A DNA stretch of 64,000 bases, from NCBI GenBank assembly GCA_015062495.1, contig SUUN01000001.1, positions 19,881-83,880 on the forward strand, given 5' to 3'. Source of the stretch: Alphaproteobacteria bacterium. GTDB taxonomy: Bacteria; Pseudomonadota; Alphaproteobacteria; Rs-D84. The notes under the pieces were generated by a model. It was not told where the DNA came from and searched no databases. It saw only the letters and a program-made list of their open reading frames with translations. How positions within the stretch are numbered: position 1 is the stretch's first letter; the number at the start of each line of letters is the position of its first letter. Position numbers and translations under genes: made by a program. Positions 28,384 through 35,846 of the stretch are shown piece by piece.

Positions 28384-30213
28384 TTTGGTTTTTGCCAGGA
28401 CGTAAATTTCATCTGTGCCAAATGGATTATCAACAAATCCAGCGGTCATGAATTTATATGATGCAGATATCTCGACAGATGGGCGGGTTGCCATGTCAAT
28501 AGTATGGTTTGCGAATGTGTATTCGCCATTAACGCGACGACCAGTTGGTGTGCGCAGGTACATGTTGCCGCCAATGATTGTGTCGGGTGTGCCAATAGTG
28601 AATGTCCAATTATTATGTTTTACACCCATGGTAATAGAACCGGTCATAATGTCTGAAAAGCCATTAATCATAGATTCTGTGGATGCGGTTGGGTTCATTG
28701 TGCCAATTGTTGTGCGACCAAATAATGTTGTGTTGCCCAATTGGACTTCATTGTTTAACCCAATAAAAGTAATTGTATTTTGTGAATCTGTGGCCAGGAA
28801 TCCATCACTGCTTAATAATTCGCTGTTTTTAAAGCCAAATTCGATGTTGCCAAAATGCATACGTGTTTCGTTGTTGTCGCGCAGACGTTCAAAACCAATA
28901 CCGCGATTCTTGATTTCGATATTATCGTTCAGGTTTGTGTTAAATGCGCGACCATAGCTGTCAACAAATGCGAATTTAATATTTTCTGATTTTACATTGT
29001 GTGCAATCGTGCCCGACATGCGTGCGGTCTGTAATGGTACGGTTGTGCCATTGGCCAAAGGTACTAGTTCTGCGCCAACTGGGCGGGTTGCGCGTTCCAG
29101 GTCCAACATGCCGTGTCCATATACATTATCAACGCCCACTGCGCCAATATCGCGCGCGGTTTCGAACAATAATGCGGTAATTTGATTGGATTTTAGGTAT
29201 GGAAAGGCTTCGCGAATGACGGAAATTGCGGCGGATACGATTGGGGCTGCAAAACTGGTGCCGTCGATGATTTCGTCTGATGCGGGGGCGTTAATATTAC
29301 TGCCGGGGGCGGTAATACAATAGTTTTTTGTTATTCCACATTGATTGCTGTAATATGCCAATTCGCCGGTTTCGCTGTCCCAGGCAACAACATTTACAAA
29401 GTGACCGTTCAGTTCAGGTACGTGCAGCGGTAATGCCGACATGGCACTGGATTGGCTGTTGCCATCGTTGCCAGCCGCCCAAACAAATATAGCGTCGTTT
29501 TTTTTGGTTGCGTCTGTTAATGCGCCAATAAAGTTTCGGTCTGTTAATTGTTCCATGTGATAGCGGGAATAAACCTGGTTGGCAAAGATGTCCATAGACC
29601 AACTGAAATTATAAATGTTCGCGCCGTCCGATGTGGCGGTTCGGATTGTATTGCCAATTTTATTAAATGAATCAAAGTCGCGGTGTGAACGCGCAACGGT
29701 GTAAATGTTTACGTCTGCATCAGGGGCAATTGTTCCACCCGCCAGGGCCGCGACATTTGCGCCGTGTGATGTGGTGTTGTCTGAATCAAATACCGCAACA
29801 TATGAATTTTTACCTGTGTATCCACGGGCCAATGAATATGCAACACGAATGTCGTTATATTGACTGGCGTTATTATTGTAGTTCGTTGTATTAAATATAG
29901 ATGCCAGGTGAACAGAATCTACGTCGCCACCAACCATTGTATAGGTTGGCAGGGTGGGGCGGGATGTGCCGTCAGAACCGCTGTCGGATGAAGACGCGCC
30001 AAATAATGCGATTGCACCACCAATCAATGCCGCAGCCCCCGATGCAACGCCGACGGTTGTTGCAAATGAAAAACCGTCGCCAGCCAAATCGGATGCGCAT
30101 TTGTCTGGGTTATAACGGCGATACATTGCGTTGTCGCAATTGTTGGCCACGGCCGGTGCGCAACACAGTGCGGCCGATAAAAAGGCAACAAATATATTCT
30201 TGTACGTCGTCAT
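28372..30213 (-). CDS. S8 (subtilisin-like) serine peptidase with C-terminal beta-rich region (autotransporter-like)
   Basis: Catalytic triad VAVFD, HGANVA, GTSFAAP; oxyanion AAGND; terminal Phe (TKLQF). Start MTTYKN at 30213. Confidence 0.9.
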   Translation of the reverse strand: MTTYKNIFVAFLSAALCCAPAVANNCDNAMYRRYNPDKCASDLAGDGFSFATTVGVASGAAALIGGAIALFGASSSDSGSDGTSRPTLPTYTMVGGDVDSVHLASIFNTTNYNNNASQYNDIRVAYSLARGYTGKNSYVAVFDSDNTTSHGANVAALAGGTIAPDADVNIYTVARSHRDFDSFNKIGNTIRTATSDGANIYNFSWSMDIFANQVYSRYHMEQLTDRNFIGALTDATKKNDAIFVWAAGNDGNSQSSAMSALPLHVPELNGHFVNVVAWDSETGELAYYSNQCGITKNYCITAPGSNINAPASDEIIDGTSFAAPIVSAAISVIREAFPYLKSNQITALLFETARDIGAVGVDNVYGHGMLDLERATRPVGAELVPLANGTTVPLQTARMSGTIAHNVKSENIKFAFVDSYGRAFNTNLNDNIEIKNRGIGFERLRDNNETRMHFGNIEFGFKNSELLSSDGFLATDSQNTITFIGLNNEVQLGNTTLFGRTTIGTMNPTASTESMINGFSDIMTGSITMGVKHNNWTFTIGTPDTIIGGNMYLRTPTGRRVNGEYTFANHTIDMATRPSVEISASYKFMTAGFVDNPFGTDEIYVLAKTKLQF

Positions 30214-30364
30214 GTTTTTCCTTTTGTTCCCGTGTGGACAACCCACACACTATTAATATAGTACAAAGCCTTTGTTTGTCAATGCGAAATGCGGTTTTTT
30301 TCTTATGCGGGATGATGATGATTTTTTTATATTTTTACTTGATTTTTTGATTGGTTTTGGTTAT

Positions 30365-30480
30365 TATCGGGGCACGCACTTGGTGCGAAGAACACAGCCG
30401 TTCTGTTAAATTTGTGTCCAAATCATTGGTTTGGGTTTCCACAGACGGCGAGGATAACAACACAAAAAAGGATAAAAATC
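30365..30480 (+). promoter_or_regulatory. Possible rpsB 5' leader (S2 autoregulatory RNA)
   Basis: Structured about 120-nt UTR with GGGGCAC and GAGGATAAC elements, reminiscent of rpsB leaders. Confidence 0.35.
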
Positions 30481-31332
30481 ATGGCATTGCCAACATTTAC
30501 AATGAAACAGTTGATGGAAGCGGGTGTTCATTTCGGTCACCACACACGTCGCTGGAATCCATTGATGACACCATATGTTTATGGCGTAAAAGATAAAATT
30601 CATATCATTAATTTGAACAAGACTGCGCCTTTGTTGCACCGTTCTCTGGTTGCGTTGGAAGCAATCGCGGCCGCCGGTGGCAAGGTTCTGTTTGTTGCGA
30701 CCAAGCATCAGGCAAAAGATATTGTGAAAGATGCAGCAGAACGTTGTGGTCAGTACTATGTTAACAACCGCTGGTTGGGTGGTATGTTGACAAACTGGAC
30801 AACAGTTTCACAGTCAATTCGTCGTCTGAAGAAAATGGAAGCGGATATCGCAAATGCTGACAAATTGGGTCTGACCAAGAAAGAAGTCGGCGTTATGACC
30901 AAAGAAGTTGAAAAACTGCGCGATATTTTCGGTGGTATCTTGGATATGCACGGCGTTCCACAGGCGATGATTGTTATTGATGTGCCACGTGAAATGAACG
31001 CGGTTCGTGAAGCGAAAAACCTGGATATCCCAACAATCGCGATTTGCGATACAAATGCAAATCCAGAAATGGTCGACTATCCAGTCCCAGGTAATGATGA
31101 CGCGGCACGCGCAACACAGTTGTACTGTGACCTGTTCGTGGATGCGATTTTGTCGGGTATCGAAAAACGTTTGGGCGGGGCGGCCGGTAAAAAGGTCGAA
31201 TCTGATATGCGTGCAGATGCAGCCGATGAATTAGAAGATGAAATCAAGGAAAAAGAAGCCAAGATTAAGTCAAAAACATCTGAAGCCCGCGCAGAACGTC
31301 GTGGTAAATTGGCAGATAAAGCCGATAAATAA
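30481..31332 (+). CDS. rpsB: 30S ribosomal protein S2
   Basis: MKQLMEAGVHFGH, RWLGGMLTNW and PGNDDA motifs. Start at 30481. Confidence 0.98.
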   Translation: MALPTFTMKQLMEAGVHFGHHTRRWNPLMTPYVYGVKDKIHIINLNKTAPLLHRSLVALEAIAAAGGKVLFVATKHQAKDIVKDAAERCGQYYVNNRWLGGMLTNWTTVSQSIRRLKKMEADIANADKLGLTKKEVGVMTKEVEKLRDIFGGILDMHGVPQAMIVIDVPREMNAVREAKNLDIPTIAICDTNANPEMVDYPVPGNDDAARATQLYCDLFVDAILSGIEKRLGGAAGKKVESDMRADAADELEDEIKEKEAKIKSKTSEARAERRGKLADKADK

Positions 31333-31347
31333 TACTGGGGTTGTGTT

Positions 31348-31620
31348 ATGGGTAAAAACGATAAAACACAAGAACAGTTAATTAAAACATCCGTCGGAAA
31401 CCAGTATATGGCAACATATGCTGGGGTTCTGGGGGATGCGAAATACTATGAGTGCAAAGATCCGGTAAACGGTAAAACCGTTGGTTTTGTTGCGACAATT
31501 ATTCCGGGTAAGTTTGGGCCAATGTGTTTGGACTATATTGCGGCGTCGAAACGTGCGCGCAATATCGTAGACAGTACTGGGTCATGGTGGACACGGATAT
31601 TGTTTGCAAGACAGAGATAA
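31348..31620 (+). CDS. Hypothetical protein (90 aa) between rpsB and tsf
   Basis: Fills the gap exactly, has a GGGG RBS-like motif and typical codon usage. Confidence 0.7.
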   Translation: MGKNDKTQEQLIKTSVGNQYMATYAGVLGDAKYYECKDPVNGKTVGFVATIIPGKFGPMCLDYIAASKRARNIVDSTGSWWTRILFARQR

Positions 31621-31648
31621 TAAACTTTAAACAAATGGGGGATTCAAA

Positions 31649-32518
31649 ATGGCAGAAATTACAGCAAAATTGATTCAGGAACTGCGCGAAAAAACAGCCG
31701 CAGGTATGATGGATTGTAAAAAAGCCCTGGTTGAAAATAATGGTGATATCGAAGCCGCAGCAGATTGGTTGCGTCAAAAAGGTATCGTAAAAGCAGCGTC
31801 CAAGGCGGGCCGTGTTGCAGCGTCTGGTTTGGTGACGGTTGTGAAATGTGACGATATGGGCTGTGTCGTTGAATTGAATGCAGAAACAGATTTTGTTGCG
31901 AAAAATGAAAAATTCCAGAAGCTGGTTGCCGATGTCGCAAACAAGGCAATGGAATTAAAGGGTGATTTTGATGCAACAATGAGTGCGGTTAAAGATGATA
32001 TCGCGGCGACTATTTCCACAATTGGTGAAAATATGAATCTGCGTCGTATTGCCAGTGTTCAAGGCGATAAAATCTTTACATATATTCATAACGCATTGGT
32101 TCCAGGTATGGGCCAGATTGGTGTTGCGGTTGCAATTAATGGTGATGATGCAAAAATCGATGAAATTGGTTCAAAAATCGCAATGCATATTGCAGCGAAC
32201 AAGCCTGAATTTATGACAATTGCAGATGTTGATCCGGTTGCGGTTGAACGCGAAAAGAAAGTGTTCATCGAATCGGGTGCGACGGCGGGCAAACCAGAAA
32301 ACATTGTCGAAAAGATGGTTGAAGGTCGTATCAAGAAGTACTATGGCGAATCCGTTCTGGAAGAACAGCCATTCGTTTTGGACCCTTCCAAGGCAGTTAA
32401 GGATGTTGTTGCCGAAGCTGGCGGTAAGTTGGCTGGCTTTGCGTTCTTTGTACTGGGTGAAGGTATCGAAAAACGTGAAGACAACCTGGCCGATGAAGTG
32501 GCAAAAATGTTGAAGTAA
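31649..32518 (+). CDS. tsf: Elongation factor Ts
   Basis: LREKTAAGMMDCKKAL, ELNAETDFVAKN and KIAMHIAA motifs. Confidence 0.98.
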   Translation: MAEITAKLIQELREKTAAGMMDCKKALVENNGDIEAAADWLRQKGIVKAASKAGRVAASGLVTVVKCDDMGCVVELNAETDFVAKNEKFQKLVADVANKAMELKGDFDATMSAVKDDIAATISTIGENMNLRRIASVQGDKIFTYIHNALVPGMGQIGVAVAINGDDAKIDEIGSKIAMHIAANKPEFMTIADVDPVAVEREKKVFIESGATAGKPENIVEKMVEGRIKKYYGESVLEEQPFVLDPSKAVKDVVAEAGGKLAGFAFFVLGEGIEKREDNLADEVAKMLK

Positions 32519-32583
32519 TAAAAAATCCCCCGTTTGGGGGATTTTTATTTGAATTTTTTTTATCTTTATATTATAATCTGCCT

Positions 32584-32839
32584 TGAACCAACAGGGATGT
32601 TGGGTCAGGGACGTAAGAAATCCTTTATCATTGCGATGTTCTTTGGGGCATTGAATCCGACTTTGGCAAAATAAATAAACCAGGGCGCGGATGCGCTTTT
32701 TATTTTGCAAAAATTCGCCCGATTTTTGTCGGGGGGTCCGTGGCTATACAACAGCGCATACGCGTAAAGGCCACGGAGGTCATTCAATGATATGATTTTC
32801 TTAACCCCCTGACCGTCATTTCCATGACGGTTTTTGTTT
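32584..32839 (+). promoter_or_regulatory. Structured leader/attenuator copy L6 (long type)
   Basis: Promoter TTGAAT-17-TATAAT (32549-32577). ACAGGGATG (32591), TCAGGGACGTAAGAAA (32605), GTCGGGGGGT (32728), TTTCTTAACCCCCTGAC (32797). Terminator ACCGTCA..TGACGGT-TTTT. Confidence 0.8.
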
Positions 32840-32864
32840 AATTAAACGAAAAAGGGAAAAGAAA

Positions 32865-34529
32865 ATGAAAAAACACTTTATTTTAACTTCGTTGGTTGCA
32901 ATTGCCATGTCTTGCCCAGCCGTGGCGGCAACAGATGTTACATTCAGTGGTATGTATAACGGTGACGCATCAAAGATTGCCGATGGTGTTGCAGATACGA
33001 CATATGATTACGTAAAATCAGACGGTACAACAGCGTCGGGTGTTGCGTATGATGCAAACCCGGTGTTGACCGATTTTACATATCAGGATGTTGATGGGGC
33101 AATCAAAAGCCTGGCCGACGGAACGCCAGATATATCGGTATATACCGGCACAACAACCGCGTCGGGCGATATCGTGAGCACACAGACAGTCGCCGCAGGG
33201 GAAACAGCAAGCCGTGATAATTACACCTATAAAAACGGTGCGGGTGAAGTTGTAACACTGGGCGAAAATGCACAGGATATGGTTGCAACGCATACTCTGT
33301 CCGATTATGCAGGTGGTGCAGTTGCCACGATTACAAATGGTACATCTGATACAGCAATTGATGGTTCAATGTATTCGTTTGAATATGAAGGTCAAACCTT
33401 AAAATTATCATCGGATGGGACACAATATACACTGAATGGTATCCCCCAGGAAGAACCAACCTCAGGCGCATTGTTTGATTTGTTGACAGAAGTTCGTGGT
33501 GCATTTGATAACGATAAGACAGCAATTGAAAATGCAAAAACCACAACAGCTGATAATTGGACAACAGAACAAACCAACTTTGACGCAGCAAATGATGTGT
33601 TTGTCGCAGATAGCAATAAAATTGCGGAACTGAATGGTTATTTCGAAACTGTTGGTGCTGCAACTGATGCGTTGGAAGCAGCCAAGACAGCCCAACAGGT
33701 GGCGGCAGATAAATACGCAGAAAACGGTGCATTGTTCCAGGCGGCGAAAGACGTCTATGATGCGCCAATTCTGGAAACAATCACAAATGGTGCGAATGAA
33801 GCAATTGATGACGCGTTGGCCGAAGGTGGTGCAATCCGTTCTGAATTGGATGTAAACGCAACAGCAATTGCAGACAATAAAACTGCAATTGAAACTAACG
33901 CTGCGAATATTGAAGTAAACGCGACAAATATTGCTGCAAATAAAACTGCAATTGAAACTAATGCTGCGAATATTGAAGTAAACGCGACAGCAATTGCAGA
34001 CAATAAAACTGCAATTGAAACTAATGCTGCGAATATTGAAGTAAACGCGACAAATATTGCTGCAAATAAAACTGCAATTGAATCCGAAGTTGCACGCGCA
34101 ACAGCGGCTGAAATCGAATTGGATGGAAAAATTGCCCAAAATACATCAGCAATTGAAGAAGAAGTTGCAAATCGTATCGCGGGTGATGAAATGACATTGG
34201 CATCGGCCAAGGCATATGTCGATTCCAAGAACGAATTGGCATTAAAGTCTGCATATGATTATACAGACAGCAAGGTTGACGCATTGGAAGATGAACTGTC
34301 GGCCGGTATTGCCAGTGCCGCGGCGATGTCTTCGGTTGCGGTGTCTGGCGTAGGCAAGGGTGAAGTGTCTGTTGGTGGTGGCTATGGCTATTACAACAGT
34401 CAATCCGCGATTGCATTGGGTGCGGCGATGGGGCTGACCGATAACTGGTCTGTGAATGCAGCGGCCGGTTTGGCAGATTCAAATGTCACATTCCGTGCAG
34501 GAACAAATTACAAGTTCAAATTGTTTTAG
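32865..34529 (+). CDS. Trimeric autotransporter adhesin (YadA-like C-terminal anchor)
   Basis: Signal peptide; coiled-coil stalk; anchor AGIASAAAM..SVGGGYGYYNSQSAIALG..RAGTNYKFKLF. Confidence 0.9.
   Translation: MKKHFILTSLVAIAMSCPAVAATDVTFSGMYNGDASKIADGVADTTYDYVKSDGTTASGVAYDANPVLTDFTYQDVDGAIKSLADGTPDISVYTGTTTASGDIVSTQTVAAGETASRDNYTYKNGAGEVVTLGENAQDMVATHTLSDYAGGAVATITNGTSDTAIDGSMYSFEYEGQTLKLSSDGTQYTLNGIPQEEPTSGALFDLLTEVRGAFDNDKTAIENAKTTTADNWTTEQTNFDAANDVFVADSNKIAELNGYFETVGAATDALEAAKTAQQVAADKYAENGALFQAAKDVYDAPILETITNGANEAIDDALAEGGAIRSELDVNATAIADNKTAIETNAANIEVNATNIAANKTAIETNAANIEVNATAIADNKTAIETNAANIEVNATNIAANKTAIESEVARATAAEIELDGKIAQNTSAIEEEVANRIAGDEMTLASAKAYVDSKNELALKSAYDYTDSKVDALEDELSAGIASAAAMSSVAVSGVGKGEVSVGGGYGYYNSQSAIALGAAMGLTDNWSVNAAAGLADSNVTFRAGTNYKFKLF
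33852..34082 (+). repeat. Coding tandem repeat, 63-bp unit x about 3.7 (126-bp higher-order repeat)
   Basis: VNATAIADNKTAIETNAANIE alternating with VNATNIAANKTAIETNAANIE. Confidence 0.9.
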
Positions 34530-34607
34530 TTGAATAAATCCCGCCAAATGGCGGGATTTTTTTAAGAGCAAATAGCAAAGCGCAAATAGCAATTAAATAT
34601 TAAGACT

Positions 34608-34777
34608 CGTCATTCCCGCTTGGTTTCACCCACGCAAACATTTGTTTGCGCAGGGCCCGGGGCGGGAATCCACTGCGTCGCAGACATTTTTATGCAGTCC
34701 CTGCGGGGCAATAGATACCTGCCTGGTATCACCCACAAAAATTTTCAATTTTTGCGGGGCCCGAAGCGGGTATGACG
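34608..34777. repeat. REP/RPE-like palindromic element with nested inserts
   Basis: CGTCATTCCCGC..GCGGGAATCCA ... GATACCTGC..GCGGGTATGACG. Each arm holds a TGGT(T/A)TCACCCAC-hairpin-GGGCCC insert. Confidence 0.75.
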
Positions 34778-34855
34778 ATTTTATTTTTTTACTTAAATAA
34801 ACTTTTATTTATCTAAGTAATTGAATTTATAACAACTATAGCGTATAATTGTTTT

Positions 34856-35085
34856 GTTGCCGGGTGTTCCGGTGATGGGGTGTCGAAACCCTTGCTCTAA
34901 GCGTCTGTGATATTAATTGCACGCCGGGTGGCGTGTTTTTATGCTGTGGACGAGAATTTATAACTCCTGGTCTTTGCTGGTCAGGAGGGTTGTGAATAAT
35001 GCGCGCCTTGTGCGCAAAATAAGCACACAATTCTTAGAGATTGTTTCGAACCTCCTGACCGTCTGATTATTGACGGTTTTTTATT
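34856..35085 (+). promoter_or_regulatory. Structured leader/attenuator copy L7 (compact-type core)
   Basis: Promoter TTGAAT-17-TATAAT (34821-34849). GGGGTGTCGAAAC (34877), CTCCTGGTC (34964), GGTCAGGAGGGTT (34979), GTTTCGAACCTCCTGACC (35043). Terminator ACCGTC..GACGGT-TTTTT. Confidence 0.8.
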
Positions 35086-35111
35086 AACAAAATTAAACAG
35101 GAGTTTGAACA

Positions 35112-35822
35112 ATGAAAAAAATTTTAATACCAATATTTTTATTTGCACCAATGGTTGCAAATGCGGCGACGACGGCTGTGTGTGTGTCGACAACGTGTCC
35201 GTCTTCTTCGTCCACGGCAACAATTTATGATTTGCCGGACCCGGGATGTGGTACATATACAACGAAATGTCTAAGGCGTCAGGTAGGTACATCTGGTCTT
35301 ACATCAGATTATGTATATCTGCGGTACAAAGATTGCACCGCTTGCAAAAGTGCTGCTACAATGGTAACCCAAAATATATCAACTGGAACTAATCTTATTA
35401 GGTATCAGCAGGCGTGTGGTGAAACAACGTCGATGACGACGCGAAATGAGTGTTCATGTGGAACGCAATGTGATTCTGCGTACTGTTTGATTATGTGGAC
35501 GCCTTGGTCCACGGTCAAGACGGGGTATCAAGAACGCACCAAGTCGGCGTGTAATGCATCAACGAATTGTGCATGCGCTGTTGTGGAAAGAGAGGTTCGA
35601 TGTGCCGCGGGATACTATGGTACTGCCAGTTATGGTATGCTTGCCGATGGTACATATGGGTATTCCGGTTGTTCACGATGTCCATCATCGGGTGGGGTCT
35701 ATGGCACAAGTGTTGCGGGCAGTACCGCGATAACATCATGCTATATACCCGCGGGTGATATATCGTGGACCGATAATACAGGCACCTATGTATGTGGTGA
35801 AGATTCTTTTTATGTAAAATAA
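35112..35822 (+). CDS. Secreted Cys-rich protein
   Basis: Signal peptide ANA; CAAGYYGTAS..SGCSRCP; C-terminal AITSCYIPAG..DNTGTY module. Confidence 0.85.
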   Translation: MKKILIPIFLFAPMVANAATTAVCVSTTCPSSSSTATIYDLPDPGCGTYTTKCLRRQVGTSGLTSDYVYLRYKDCTACKSAATMVTQNISTGTNLIRYQQACGETTSMTTRNECSCGTQCDSAYCLIMWTPWSTVKTGYQERTKSACNASTNCACAVVEREVRCAAGYYGTASYGMLADGTYGYSGCSRCPSSGGVYGTSVAGSTAITSCYIPAGDISWTDNTGTYVCGEDSFYVK

Positions 35823-35846
35823 AATGGGGGTGTCCCCCCAGTTTTG

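Noticed and set aside
33852-34082. Possible CRISPR array
   Set aside because: The repeats are contiguous 63-bp in-frame coding units with no unique spacers, and there are no cas genes.
598-35085. Leaders L1-L7 as Mpi-invertible promoters or MITEs
   Set aside because: Each promoter lies outside the inverted arms, so inversion would not flip it. The arms have central mismatches and G.U-type pairs, and their sequence differs between copies while pairing is kept, which fits RNA structure rather than recombinase sites. No target-site duplications were seen. Not fully excluded without read mapping.
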